64,000 nt of DNA from Thermovirgaceae bacterium (GCA_040767805.1 JAXGNU010000005.1:64001-128000); one strand, 5' to 3'; numbered from the stretch's first letter, positions 26,414 through 36,715 are shown. The notes: generated by a model from the letters alone, not told the origin. Numbers and translations: made by a program.

Positions 26414-27976
26414 ATGAGGATAGCCTGTGTCCAGATGGAAGCGCCGGAATTGGCCGATTTTGAAAAGACTTTTAGCAGGATCCAACGTCTCCTGGATGAG
26501 GCCCTCCGGCCCGGCGTCGACCTGGTGGTGTTCCCGGAATGCTCATGGCCGGCCTACTTCATCGATCCCGCGGAGAAACAGTCCCTCAAGGAGGCCCTGT
26601 CGCTCAACGAACGATTGATCGACCATATCAGCAGGAAAGCCAGTGAACACGCTTCCTACGTGGCTTTCGGGCTGGTGGAGGAAAAGGACGGGAAGCTCGG
26701 CAACAATGCCATCCTCGTGGACCCCTCGGGAGAAATAGTCCTCAGGGTGTCAAAGATGAACCTTTGGCATTTCGACAGGGACCTCTACGAGCCGGGCCGA
26801 AGTTTTGACGTGGTCGATTCACCCTTTGGGCGGATCGGCCTCCTGATATGCGCCGACGCGCGTCTCCCGGAAATCGCCCGGGTGCTCTCCGTGATGGGGG
26901 CCGATCTCATCATCGACCCGGCGAACCTCACGGGCTACGCCGCTTCACACCAGGGCCTGACTAACCCGCAGCTGGATTTCATGCTGCCCGCCAGGGCTTT
27001 CGAGAACGGGGTATGGTGGGTCCTCTCAAACAAGTGCGGGATCGAATCGGCGGCGGTGCCCTACGTGGGCGGCAGCAGGGTGATATCCCCGGAGGGGGTC
27101 CTCGTCGCCTCGGCAAGCCCGGACAGGGAAGAAGTCATCTTCGCCGATATAGACCTGCCGGTGAAAAGGCCCGCGGCCCTTCCGGAAAGGGCGCCGGCGG
27201 CGTACGGGGTGCTCACTGAGCCCACCGAGAATCTTCCTGTGACGGGGATCACTACCCAACCCGCCATCCCCTCCTGCAATAGCTTTTTCCTGGGAGCCGC
27301 CCAGTTCGGGGCCGGTGATGCCGAAGAGTACGTCCTCAAGGCAGGGAAGCACCTGGCCGCACTGGGGCGGCTGCATGCGTCCGTCGCGGCCCTCCCCCCG
27401 GCCGGCTTTCTTCCCCCCAAGGGGATCCTCCATTTAGCCGAAGCAATAAGGGAAAGGTATGGAGCGGCGATCGGGGGGATGGTCGTCGCCCTCGCCCACG
27501 GCGGGGGTGACGGTGAACCCCTTGGAGTACTTTTCGACGCGGGGAAGATCCTGGCATCCTCCCGGGGCCTTCCGCCCCTCTCGGGATCGGATGTCATCGG
27601 GACGCCCCACGGTAACTTCGCCTTCGTCCACGGCGAGGGGATCGTCCTCCCCGAATACGCCAGGATCCTGACCCTCCTGGGCGCGGATTTGCTGTTTTCC
27701 CTTACGGACACCTTGACGGGGCCTTCCCTTGAGATCGCCAGGACGCGGGCCTACGAGAACAAGGTCTTCCTGGTGCGCGCCGCCTCCCCCGGTGAGGGCA
27801 AGAGGTCCTTCATCTGTGACCCCTACGGGAGGGTCCTCTCCAGTGCCTTCATCGGGGTTGAGCAGGTCTTCGGCTGCCAGGCGGAACTCTTGTCGGCGAG
27901 GTGCAAAGAGGTCGTCCCGGGCACCGACGTGATAAGAGGCAGGAGACCTTCCGACTATCGGTCGCTCTGCCGGTAA
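26414..27976 (+). CDS. Carbon-nitrogen hydrolase (nitrilase superfamily) with a tandem second degenerate domain
   Basis: N-domain has the VFPE / SKMNL / LICAD triad; C-domain repeats the fold (PEYARILTLLGADL, RAYEN, DPYG) without the triad. Confidence 0.85.
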   Translation: MRIACVQMEAPELADFEKTFSRIQRLLDEALRPGVDLVVFPECSWPAYFIDPAEKQSLKEALSLNERLIDHISRKASEHASYVAFGLVEEKDGKLGNNAILVDPSGEIVLRVSKMNLWHFDRDLYEPGRSFDVVDSPFGRIGLLICADARLPEIARVLSVMGADLIIDPANLTGYAASHQGLTNPQLDFMLPARAFENGVWWVLSNKCGIESAAVPYVGGSRVISPEGVLVASASPDREEVIFADIDLPVKRPAALPERAPAAYGVLTEPTENLPVTGITTQPAIPSCNSFFLGAAQFGAGDAEEYVLKAGKHLAALGRLHASVAALPPAGFLPPKGILHLAEAIRERYGAAIGGMVVALAHGGGDGEPLGVLFDAGKILASSRGLPPLSGSDVIGTPHGNFAFVHGEGIVLPEYARILTLLGADLLFSLTDTLTGPSLEIARTRAYENKVFLVRAASPGEGKRSFICDPYGRVLSSAFIGVEQVFGCQAELLSARCKEVVPGTDVIRGRRPSDYRSLCR

Positions 27977-28050
27977 ACCGTTCCTTCGAAGTCGCCTGCG
28001 GGCCTATTTCCCAGTTCACCAGGGTGATCCTCTATAAGTGCATTGCCGTC

Positions 28051-28088
28051 TTGACAAGATTCATATAGTCTATATTCTATAGACCATA
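28051..28088 (+). promoter_or_regulatory. Promoter with overlapping palindromic operator (likely for the GntR at 32334)
   Basis: TTGACA 28051-28056, TATTCT 28073-28078; inverted repeat GTCTATA-TTC-TATAGAC at 28068-28084. Confidence 0.65.
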
Positions 28089-28130
28089 GGAACTGGACCA
28101 CGCCATCCACTATTCTCAGGAGGTGCTTGT

Positions 28131-28529
28131 ATGGAGAAAAAGGTCATACCGTTCGGCAGCGCCATGGGAATGAAGGTAGCCTTCAGTACCGCCGTAAGCG
28201 TGGATGTCAAGTCCGTCGAGAAGATCATCTGGGTCTCCGGCCAGGTCTCTTTCGACGAAAAGGGGAACATCCTGGGTAAGGACGACATGTTCGTCCAGAC
28301 GGAGCACGTTATCCGGAACATTCAAAGCGCCCTGGCGGAGTTCGGGGCCGGCCTGGATGACGTGGTCGAGGTCAACGTGTTCGTCAGGGACATGAGCCGG
28401 CTCAAGGAGATCCACGAAGCGAGGCTCAAATATTTCAAGGAGCCTTTCCCCACCAGCACCCTGGTTGAGGTCAACAAATTCGTGCATCCCGACGCCCTGA
28501 TCGAGATCAATGCCGTGGCAGTGATCTAG
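28131..28529 (+). CDS. Rid-family (YjgF/YER057c/UK114) protein lacking the catalytic Arg
   Basis: VSGQV, FPTSTLVEV, LIEINAVA. Confidence 0.9.
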   Translation: MEKKVIPFGSAMGMKVAFSTAVSVDVKSVEKIIWVSGQVSFDEKGNILGKDDMFVQTEHVIRNIQSALAEFGAGLDDVVEVNVFVRDMSRLKEIHEARLKYFKEPFPTSTLVEVNKFVHPDALIEINAVAVI

Positions 28530-28578
28530 AAACCAGGTCCGGGAAAGCAGATATCTGACATCGTAAGGGGGAGAAGAG

Positions 28579-29631
28579 ATGAAAAGGAAGAGCTTTATCG
28601 CGGTTCTGCTGGTTGTACTGGTTATGAGCCTGGCCTCGGCCGCCGTGGCCGAGGAAAAGTTCCACTGGAGACTGCAGTCCAGTTGGGCCACGGGGCTGGA
28701 GATCCAGAGGCAGGTCGAGAGGTTCGCCGAACTCGTGACAAAAATGAGTGGAGGACGGTTGACTATTACTGCCCTTCCGGCGGGCGCGGTGGTGGGGGGG
28801 CTTGAGGTTTTCGACGCCGTGAGCCAGGGCGTCATTGACGCCATGAACAGCCTTTCCGCGTACTGGATCGGGAAAGAGCCCGCGGCGCCCATGTTCTCGG
28901 CGATCCCGCTCGGTATGGATGTCATGCAGTACTACGCCTGGTATTACTACGGTGACGGCCTCGACCTCATGCAGGAGATGTACGCCAAGCACAACATCGG
29001 TTACGCCGCTTTCTGCGCGATAAACCCGGCCGAGGACTTCCTCTGGGCCCACAAACCGATCACGAAGCTCAGCGATTTCAAGGGCCTGAAGATCCGCACC
29101 GTCGGCTACTGGGGCGAGATCGCGACCAAACTCGGTGCCCGCGTCGTCACCCTCCCGGGCGGTGAGCTCTACGGCGCCCTTGAGAAACGAATAATCGACG
29201 CGGCCGAGTTCTGCAACCCCGAGTCGGATTTCAAGTCCGGCCTGCATGAAGTGGCGAAGTACGTCCACGTCCCCGGCGTCCACCAGCCCGTGTCTTTCCT
29301 CGAGCTCCTCATCAACAAGCAGTCCTGGGACGCCCTGCCCGAAGACCTCCAGGAGATCGTGAAGTCGGCGGCAAAGGCTTCCGTCCTGGAAGGGTATGTC
29401 ACCTGCCTCATGGCCGACGGCGAGGCCCTGAGGGAATTCGAGAAGAATAAGAACGTCATAGTGAAGCTCCCCCCGGAGATGATCGCCGAACTGAAGAAAC
29501 TCGCATGGGAGCTCTACGACGAGAAGGCGGCGAAAGACCCGTTCTTCAAAAAGGTTTGGGATTCCCAGCGCAAGATCATAGCTGATTACGACCACTGGGC
29601 ATCCTACATGGTCCCGCCGAGGCTGGACTAA
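28579..29631 (+). CDS. TRAP transporter substrate-binding protein (DctP/TakP-like)
   Basis: Signal peptide, WRLQS, SGGRL, FKGLKIR, GGELYGALE..IDAAE. Confidence 0.93.
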   Translation: MKRKSFIAVLLVVLVMSLASAAVAEEKFHWRLQSSWATGLEIQRQVERFAELVTKMSGGRLTITALPAGAVVGGLEVFDAVSQGVIDAMNSLSAYWIGKEPAAPMFSAIPLGMDVMQYYAWYYYGDGLDLMQEMYAKHNIGYAAFCAINPAEDFLWAHKPITKLSDFKGLKIRTVGYWGEIATKLGARVVTLPGGELYGALEKRIIDAAEFCNPESDFKSGLHEVAKYVHVPGVHQPVSFLELLINKQSWDALPEDLQEIVKSAAKASVLEGYVTCLMADGEALREFEKNKNVIVKLPPEMIAELKKLAWELYDEKAAKDPFFKKVWDSQRKIIADYDHWASYMVPPRLD

Positions 29632-29744
29632 GTTCGCCTGTCCGTCCCCCCGGACGGTCGGGCTTATGGGGGGCAGGGCCACGGATCGTTCCTCCGTGGC
29701 CCTGATCTTATTGACCCAGGAGACGTTCTGAGAGGAGAAATTCC

Positions 29745-30269
29745 ATGGTCCGTAAATTCGTGAATTTCATCGATGCCCTCAACCTTTTCGTCGGACGGTC
29801 CGCGAGGTGGCTCGTGCTCATATTGACGGGCTGTTTCACCTATGAAGTGATAATGCGGTACGGGTTCAACAACCCCACGGTCTGGATCTTCGACGTCAGC
29901 TACATGCTCGGGGGGAGCTTCTTCGTCCTCGGGATGGGTTACACCCTGTTGAAGAACAACCACGTCAGGGTCGATGTTTTTTCTTCCAAGTTCAACGTGA
30001 AGGTGAAGGCCTTCATAGAGATCGTGCTCACCCTTTTCCTCTTCTACCCGGCGTGGGGCATCCTGATATACCGGGCTATCCCTTACGTCTACCGGTCCTG
30101 GATCACCAGGGAAAAGGCCCTGGAGAGTTTCTGGCAGCCCCCGATATACCCATTCAAGACGATCTTTCTCCTGGGCGTGATCCTGCTCCTGCTCCAGGTG
30201 ACGGCCGAATTGTTCCGTTCCTTCGAAGTGTTCTTCAGCAAGGGAGGTGCCGGTGATGCCAACGTTTAG
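29745..30269 (+). CDS. TRAP transporter small permease (DctQ)
   Basis: YEVIMRY, HVRVD; 4 TM helices. Confidence 0.92.
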   Translation: MVRKFVNFIDALNLFVGRSARWLVLILTGCFTYEVIMRYGFNNPTVWIFDVSYMLGGSFFVLGMGYTLLKNNHVRVDVFSSKFNVKVKAFIEIVLTLFLFYPAWGILIYRAIPYVYRSWITREKALESFWQPPIYPFKTIFLLGVILLLLQVTAELFRSFEVFFSKGGAGDANV

Positions 30270-31605
30270 CCCCGAGATGAACACCCTCCTGATGTTCGGC
30301 TCCTTGCTGATCCTCCTGTTCCTCGGTTTCCCGCTGGCCTTCGTGTTGACCGGCATCGGCCTCCTGTTCGGCGTCTCCCTTTTCGGGCTGAATTACGCCG
30401 GGGCTTTCATCCTCGCCTTCCTGTCGACGATGAAGAACTACATCCTGCTGGCGATCCCCCTTTTCGTGTTCATGGGGGCGATAATGCAGTACTCCGACGT
30501 CAGCGACAGGCTTTTCGGCACCGTCTACGTGCTGTTCGGGAAGTTGCGGGGAGGCCTTGCTATTACCAGCAACATACTGTCGACCATTTTCGCCGCCTGC
30601 ACGGGGGTCGTGGGGGCGTCGGTGGTGACCGTGGGGCTGCTCTCCATGCCCCCGATGCTGAAAAGGAACTACGACAAGAAACTCATCGCCGGGATAATCT
30701 GCGCCGGCGGCTGCCTGGGGGTCCTGATCCCGCCGAGCATCATGGTGATAGTCTACGGGCCCGCGGCAGGGGTCTCGGTGGGCAAGCTCTTCATGGGACT
30801 GATCGGGCCGGGGCTTTTGCTCTCAGCCCTTTACACCCTCTACATCGTCGTCCTGACGTCGATCTTCCCTGAAGCGGGCCCCCCGATCTCAAAGGAGGAC
30901 CTCGCCGATTTTCCCTGGGCTAAAACAAAGAGAGGCGTGGCCTTAAGGGTCCTCTCTTCCCTTGTGGCGCCCCTCGTGATCATCCTGGCAGTCCTCGGCA
31001 CCATATTCTTCGGCGTGGCTTCCCCGACGGAAGCGGCCGGGGTGGGCGCGGCGGCGGCGATAGCCCTCGCCTTCGCCTATAAAAAACTGAACGTGAAGAT
31101 GCTCGTCGACGCCTCGGACTCGGCCCTCAAAACGACCTGCATGATCCTGACCATGACGGTGGGGGCCGTCCTGTTCGTGTCAACCTTCATGTCGATGGGA
31201 GGCGGCGCCGTCGTTGAGCGTTTCATCATGGGTCTCCCCTTCGGGAAATGGGGGATCTTCTTCCTCATGTTCGCCGTCGTCACCATACTGGGCATGTTCC
31301 TGGACTGGATTGGGATCGTCCTCCTGATCGTCCCCCTATTCACGCCCATCGCCGCCAACCTGGGTTTCGACCCGGTCTGGTTCTCCATAATGATGATCCT
31401 CTTCCTGCAGCTGTCCTACCTTACGCCGCCCTTTGCGCTGGCGATATTCTATTTCAAGGGCATCTGCCCACCGGAGATCACGACGATGGACATCTACAAG
31501 GGGGTCGTTCCCTTCATCGCGATCCAGGTTTTCGCCTTCACTCTCTGCATCCTGTTCCCGGGGATCATCCTGTGGCTGCCCTCCGTGTCAGTCACGGGCT
31601 GGTAG
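30256..31605 (+). CDS. TRAP transporter large permease (DctM)
   Basis: AIPLFVFMG, LIPPS, PTEAA, LTPPF. Confidence 0.95.
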   Translation: MPTFSPEMNTLLMFGSLLILLFLGFPLAFVLTGIGLLFGVSLFGLNYAGAFILAFLSTMKNYILLAIPLFVFMGAIMQYSDVSDRLFGTVYVLFGKLRGGLAITSNILSTIFAACTGVVGASVVTVGLLSMPPMLKRNYDKKLIAGIICAGGCLGVLIPPSIMVIVYGPAAGVSVGKLFMGLIGPGLLLSALYTLYIVVLTSIFPEAGPPISKEDLADFPWAKTKRGVALRVLSSLVAPLVIILAVLGTIFFGVASPTEAAGVGAAAAIALAFAYKKLNVKMLVDASDSALKTTCMILTMTVGAVLFVSTFMSMGGGAVVERFIMGLPFGKWGIFFLMFAVVTILGMFLDWIGIVLLIVPLFTPIAANLGFDPVWFSIMMILFLQLSYLTPPFALAIFYFKGICPPEITTMDIYKGVVPFIAIQVFAFTLCILFPGIILWLPSVSVTGW

Positions 31606-31650
31606 CAGCGCTGTCGAGGGTTTTATCATGAATTCAAGGAGGGTTCGCTC

Positions 31651-32238
31651 GTGAAAGAGATCCTGGTCAAGGGAGGCACCGCGGAAGCTTTCGAGGTCCG
31701 GAAGGGCGGGAAGTTCAAACTTACCGACGTCGTGGGCGGCCAGGTCGCCGATTTCGTGGCCTTCAACAAGAACGACCTGAAGGAAAAATCTTCGCCCGGC
31801 CATACCCGCATCTCCAACCGTTCACTGAGGTTGAAGACCGGTGACAGCATCCGCTCAAACTTGAGGCATGAGATGATCCGACTGCTGGAGGAGACCGCCG
31901 GGCACCACGACATCCTGATCGTCGCCTGCGATGAGCAGCGGTACCTCGTGGATTACGGGGTGGCCGATCATCGAAGCTGCGTGAACAATTTCGAGCAGGT
32001 GCTCGGGCGATACGGGATCGACCGGTGGGTCCTCCCTGACCCTGTCAACTTTTTCCAGCACACCCGGATCGGTGACGACGGAGAGATCATACAGTTGCCC
32101 TCGATCAACCCAGGCGGCTCCTTCGTGATGATGGAGGCCCTGATGGACCTGGTCTGCGCCGTCTCGGCATGCCCCATGGACCTCAACCCCATCGGCGGGA
32201 GCGATATTACCGATATTCTCGTCACTCTATATGACTAA
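31651..32238 (+). CDS. DUF1989 (urea/guanidine carboxylase-associated) family protein
   Basis: GGQVADF, HHD...ACD, SCVNN, PDPVNFF, SACPMD. Confidence 0.85.
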   Translation: MKEILVKGGTAEAFEVRKGGKFKLTDVVGGQVADFVAFNKNDLKEKSSPGHTRISNRSLRLKTGDSIRSNLRHEMIRLLEETAGHHDILIVACDEQRYLVDYGVADHRSCVNNFEQVLGRYGIDRWVLPDPVNFFQHTRIGDDGEIIQLPSINPGGSFVMMEALMDLVCAVSACPMDLNPIGGSDITDILVTLYD

Positions 32239-32333
32239 CATGCCGGGGTAGGAGGCGAAGGGGACCCTGTTGGAGTCCTTTGCGCGGCCGCCCGGTACTG
32301 CTGCCAAAGGACATAAAAAGAGGTGTGACCGGG

Positions 32334-33047
32334 ATGACAGCGAGAAAAACGGAAAAGGGCTACCTGACGAAAAGCCAATACGCCTACAGGACCATCAGGG
32401 AGGGGATAATCACCCGGCGTTACCTCCCGGGGTCTCCGATGATAATCACGAGCCTCAGCAAAAGCCTCGGCGTGAGCGAGACGCCCGTCAGGGACGCCAT
32501 AAAGATGCTCCTTTCGGAAGGGTTCGTTGTATCCAATGATCACGTGGGAGCCAGGGTGGCCAGTCCCTCCCTGGAGGACCTGAAGAACATGTTCGAAATG
32601 CTCCTCAGCCTCCAGGGCATCGCCACGAGGATGGCGGTCTACCAGGATCCGGGAGGCCTCCTTGACGAGCTGGAGGAGATCCTGGAGAGGACGAAGCTTT
32701 ACATCCATGAGCAACGCCACGAGGAATACGGGATCCTGAACGACCGGTTCCACGATTCCATCGAGAGCCGGTGCTGCAACCTTGAACTGGCCTCGACCAT
32801 CAATTCCTACAGGGAAAGGACCGGCTGGGTGCGGTCCCTCTTCGTGTTGAACCCGAAACGCCTTGAGGAGTCCTTTGACGAGCACGTCGAGATTTTTGAG
32901 GCCATCAAGGGGAGAAAGGCCAGGACGGCGGAAAAGATCCTGAAAAAACACCTGCTCATATCCTTCAACGGCTACCTTGATTTCCTGAAAAAAGAGAAAG
33001 GGTACGAGGGGAAGGAATATGAGATAGACGGGAGCCGCTGGATCTGA
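32334..33047 (+). CDS. GntR-family transcriptional regulator (FCD domain)
   Basis: wHTH LSKSLGVSETPVRDA; FH...EH motif of the FCD domain. Confidence 0.9.
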   Translation: MTARKTEKGYLTKSQYAYRTIREGIITRRYLPGSPMIITSLSKSLGVSETPVRDAIKMLLSEGFVVSNDHVGARVASPSLEDLKNMFEMLLSLQGIATRMAVYQDPGGLLDELEEILERTKLYIHEQRHEEYGILNDRFHDSIESRCCNLELASTINSYRERTGWVRSLFVLNPKRLEESFDEHVEIFEAIKGRKARTAEKILKKHLLISFNGYLDFLKKEKGYEGKEYEIDGSRWI

Positions 33048-33079
33048 ACCGGCAGGGCCTTCGAGCCGGCCGGACCACG

Positions 33080-33135
33080 AGAGGGCTCTCCGCCCCTGTG
33101 CGGGGACGGGGAGCCCTCGGGTGCGCGCCCTTTTC
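33080..33135. terminator. GC-rich hairpin between the convergent gntR and rid genes
   Basis: GAGGGCTCTCCG...CGGGGAGCCCTC imperfect inverted repeat. Confidence 0.5.
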
Positions 33136-33137
33136 AG

Positions 33138-33545
33138 TTACAGGGCGGCGACAGTCTGGACCTCGACGAGGAAAGGCTCCTGGACGAGCCTGTCTACCAT
33201 CAAAAGGGTGTTGGGCGGGTAGACCCCGTCGGGGAAAAGGCGAGGAAACTCCCGTTTCCGGAATTCCATGAATTTCGGAATATCCTGGGAGTGGACCAGG
33301 TAGGTCGTGAACTGTACGACCTGGCCCCAGCCGGCACCTGCCGAGGCAAGGGCTTCACCGATGTTTTTGAAAACCTGGGTGCACTGGGCGTCGAAGTCGT
33401 CTTTCCCGACCACGTTACCGGCTCCGTCGGATGAGAGCATGCCCGAAATGAAGAGCAGCTCACCGGCCTTGACGCGGGCTATGTGGGAATACTGTCCCAG
33501 GGGTTTACCCAGGGTTTCGGCGTTGTAGATCTTGATCTCCGCCAT
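33138..33545 (-). CDS. Rid-family protein (Arg replaced by Asn)
   Basis: PLGQYSH, FISGM, YPPNTLL, LVEVQTVA. Confidence 0.9.
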   Translation of the reverse strand: MAEIKIYNAETLGKPLGQYSHIARVKAGELLFISGMLSSDGAGNVVGKDDFDAQCTQVFKNIGEALASAGAGWGQVVQFTTYLVHSQDIPKFMEFRKREFPRLFPDGVYPPNTLLMVDRLVQEPFLVEVQTVAAL

Positions 33546-33757
33546 TGGTTCAACCTCCCCTATCATTTATTGGGCTTCGGGTCCCGGGACCGAGGAGTCC
33601 AAGGTCGAAGCGCTCGTTACCGGTTCCTTCGGGTCATTCTTCGCAAGTATATAACACAAGGTGCGCCCTGGAGCAAGATAGTATACATCAACGGGCCGCC
33701 CCTAAAGCGACACGACAGGTCGATCAAGAAAAAGAAAAGGAGAGGAGAGTTTTCGCG

Positions 33758-34945
33758 ATGTGGAAGGACATTAAATTCGTGACCCCCGATATCGTTTTCG
33801 GCATGAATGCCGTAAACACCGTCGGGGACAAGATCAAAGCCCTCAAGGGAAAAAGGGCCCTGGTGGTAACCGGCCCCTCGGTTAAGGCTTCAGGAGCGCT
33901 GGACAAGGTGTTGCAATCCGCCAGGGACGCCGGCGTGGACTTCGACGTCAACGTCCAGCAGCGGTCTACACCCGAGCCCACCACCGAACTCGCCGAGGAA
34001 GTGGCGAAGTACATCGTTGACGGCAAATTCGACGTTGTAGTGGGACTTGGAGGCGGCAGCATTCTAGACGTGGCGAAGATGTCCTCGGCGCTCACCACGA
34101 ACCCCGGCAAGACGAGAGACTATTTCGGCCCCGGGAAGGTCAAGAACAAGGGTCTCCCCACCATCATGATCCCCACCACCGCTGGGACCGGTTCAGAGGT
34201 CACCAAGCACGCCATCTTCCTGGACCAGGAGAACAACGTGAAAAAGGCCGTCGCTTCTTCGGCCCTGCTCCCCGATGTGGCCATCGTCGACCCGATGTTG
34301 ACCGTGTCATCGCCACGCCACGTCACCAGCGCTTCGGGTTTCGACGCCTGGCTTCACGCCGCGGAGCCCTTCGTGTCGAAGAACACGAACCCCATCACCG
34401 ACGCCCTGGCACTGCAGGCGGTGAGCATCATCGCGAAGCACCTGGGCGTGGCCTGGTCCGACCCCAACGACCTGGACGCCCGGTACCACGTATCCCTCGG
34501 TTCCCTGATGTCCGGCATGGTCCTCAACAATGCGGGGACCAGCCTGGTGCATGCCCTGGCTTACCCCATAGGAGGCGAGTACCACGCAACCCACGGTATC
34601 TCCCTAAGCGTGCTTCTCATCGCCTGCTTCAAGGCGATAGCCGCCTCCAAGGGGGAGCGCCTCGTCCAGATAGCCAGGGCCATGGGCGAGAACGTGGACG
34701 GCCTTTCCACCCGGGAGGGTGTGGAGGTCGCCCTCGACGCCATGGCGGCTTTCATGAAGAGCGTGGAACTGCCCATCAGCCTCGAGGAGATAGGGATAAC
34801 GGACCGGTCCGGCGTCGAGCGGTGGGCCGTGGAGGGTTGGAATGAAAGGCGCCTCCTGGGCCGCTGTGCCCGCGACCTGACCGTCGAGGATATAGCCGCT
34901 ATTTACAGGGATGCCTTCGAGGCGAGGAACTTTTGCTGGGAATAG
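33758..34945 (+). CDS. Iron-containing alcohol dehydrogenase family protein
   Basis: GLGGGSILDVAK, PTTAGTGSEVT, DAWLH, LVHALAY, HG. Confidence 0.93.
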   Translation: MWKDIKFVTPDIVFGMNAVNTVGDKIKALKGKRALVVTGPSVKASGALDKVLQSARDAGVDFDVNVQQRSTPEPTTELAEEVAKYIVDGKFDVVVGLGGGSILDVAKMSSALTTNPGKTRDYFGPGKVKNKGLPTIMIPTTAGTGSEVTKHAIFLDQENNVKKAVASSALLPDVAIVDPMLTVSSPRHVTSASGFDAWLHAAEPFVSKNTNPITDALALQAVSIIAKHLGVAWSDPNDLDARYHVSLGSLMSGMVLNNAGTSLVHALAYPIGGEYHATHGISLSVLLIACFKAIAASKGERLVQIARAMGENVDGLSTREGVEVALDAMAAFMKSVELPISLEEIGITDRSGVERWAVEGWNERRLLGRCARDLTVEDIAAIYRDAFEARNFCWE

Positions 34946-35116
34946 GCGGCGCGATCCGTGAGAATAGGGCGTGAGAGGGCGTCATCGACGGGCCTGCCCG
35001 GTGGCGGTCGAGCCTAAGCCCATCGCCCGCGATAGATGAACAGGACACCCACGCCGGCTTTCCCGGGCGCCCTGCGTAAACCGGCCCCGGGTGGCTTTGC
35101 AGAGGAGGAATGAAAA

Positions 35117-36367
35117 TTGGCTACGATCCACAACAAGAGCGCGACACCCTGGAAGACTGACAAGTGGTACACGAGTCCCTGGAACTTCATCCCCGAGGTC
35201 CGGGAGGGGATGAAGTTTTCCCCGAACATCCAGTTCCACGACGTGTCCCTCCGGGACGGCGAGCAGCAGGCGGGCCTCCTTTTCAACAAGGACCAGAAGA
35301 TAGCCATTGCCGAAAAACTGGCTGAACTGGGCATCCAGAGGATCGAGGCCGGCATGCCCGTGGTTTCGGAGCAGGATGCCGAGGCCATCAGGGAGATCGT
35401 CAAGAGGAACCTCGGTCCGAAGATCTTTTCCTTCGCAAGGTGCATGAAGGAGGACGTGAAGAGGTCCGTCGATATCGGCGTGAAGAACATAGTCATGGAG
35501 GTCCCGGCCAGCGACCATATCCTGAAGTACGCCTACCGTTGGGAGTTCGAGAAGGCCATCGAAGTGTCGATCGAGGCCACCCTCTACGCGAAGGAGAACG
35601 GCCTTTACGTCTCCTTCTTCACCATCGACGGCACCAGGGCCGACATCGACGACTACCTGAAGATCGTCGACCGGGTCGCCTCGGAGGGGCACATGGATGA
35701 ACTCACCGTGGTGGACACCTTCGGCGGGCTGAACCCCCACTCGGTCCCCTACCTTATCAAGAAAGTCAAGGAGCATATACCCGACAAGCCCATCGGTGTC
35801 CATTTCCACGACGACTTCGGCCTGGGCGCGGCCACGACGATCATGGGTCTGGCCTCGGGCGCGGACATCGCCCACACCTCCATATCGGGCATCGGCGAGA
35901 GGGCCGGCAACGCGCCCTACGAGGATGTGGCCATGGCCCTTTTGACGATGTACGGTGTCGATACGGGTCTACGCTACGAGAAGATCTATCCCCTCTCGAA
36001 ATACCTCCGGGAGATCACGGGGCTTACGGTGCGCCAGAACAGGGGCATCGTAGGGGATCACGTGGCCGATATCGAATCGGGGATAGTAGCGGCCTGGTAC
36101 AAGAACGTGGAGGGTATAGCGCCCCTTGAACTTTCCCCCTTCCTCTACGACCTGGTGGGCCACCCCGACACGAAGGTGGTCATCGGGAAGCTTAGCGGGC
36201 TCCCCACGGTGGATATCTACCTGGACAAGCTGGGCATCGAGACCGATGACAAGGACGCCAAGGCAGAGATCCTGAAGAGGATCAAGGACACGGCGCTGGA
36301 GAAGAGGCGCCTGCTGACCATCGAGGAGTTCGGAGAGATAGCGACGTCGGTCCTGGATAAGTCCTAA
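35117..36367 (+). CDS. DRE-TIM metallolyase (LeuA/homocitrate/citramalate synthase-like) without regulatory domain
   Basis: DVSLRDGEQ, IEAG, HFHDDFG, GIGERAGN, GKLSG. Confidence 0.85.
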   Translation: MATIHNKSATPWKTDKWYTSPWNFIPEVREGMKFSPNIQFHDVSLRDGEQQAGLLFNKDQKIAIAEKLAELGIQRIEAGMPVVSEQDAEAIREIVKRNLGPKIFSFARCMKEDVKRSVDIGVKNIVMEVPASDHILKYAYRWEFEKAIEVSIEATLYAKENGLYVSFFTIDGTRADIDDYLKIVDRVASEGHMDELTVVDTFGGLNPHSVPYLIKKVKEHIPDKPIGVHFHDDFGLGAATTIMGLASGADIAHTSISGIGERAGNAPYEDVAMALLTMYGVDTGLRYEKIYPLSKYLREITGLTVRQNRGIVGDHVADIESGIVAAWYKNVEGIAPLELSPFLYDLVGHPDTKVVIGKLSGLPTVDIYLDKLGIETDDKDAKAEILKRIKDTALEKRRLLTIEEFGEIATSVLDKS

Positions 36368-36715
36368 GGAGGTTCTGTCATTCTCCTGACTCCCTCTCCT
36401 GAGGGTGATTGCCCTGGGCATCCGGATTTTGTAGGTTTGGGGGAGTTGCCCCCGGATGCTGTTTTTGAAATGACCCAACGAGGCGCTATCGAAGATGTTG
36501 TGGCAGCGTCGGTCAACATGACCGTCGGGGTCGCCAGGGAAAGGGCCTCTATTATCGTAGTAACAGGAGAGAGCAACCAGGGATACATTGAAAAGTTGGG
36601 TCTGACCTCTGCCCCCGATTTCTCTACGGCAATGGGATTGGCAGAAAAGAAATCGGGAGGCATCGAAAGCATAGGGATCATCACCCACGGTGGAGATTTC
36701 GCGCCCAAGTTTTAA
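36368..36715 (+). pseudogene. 3' fragment of a LarA-family (nickel-pincer racemase/epimerase) gene
   Basis: Frame reads GGSVILLTPSPEGDCPGHP...IIVVT...IEKLG...IGIITHGGDFAP, resembling the LarA C-terminal domain; no start codon or N-domain. Confidence 0.65.

Noticed and set aside
36365..36367. Readthrough fusing the DRE-TIM protein to the in-frame LarA fragment
   Set aside because: The stop is TAA, the upstream protein looks complete, and a deletion explains the junction more simply
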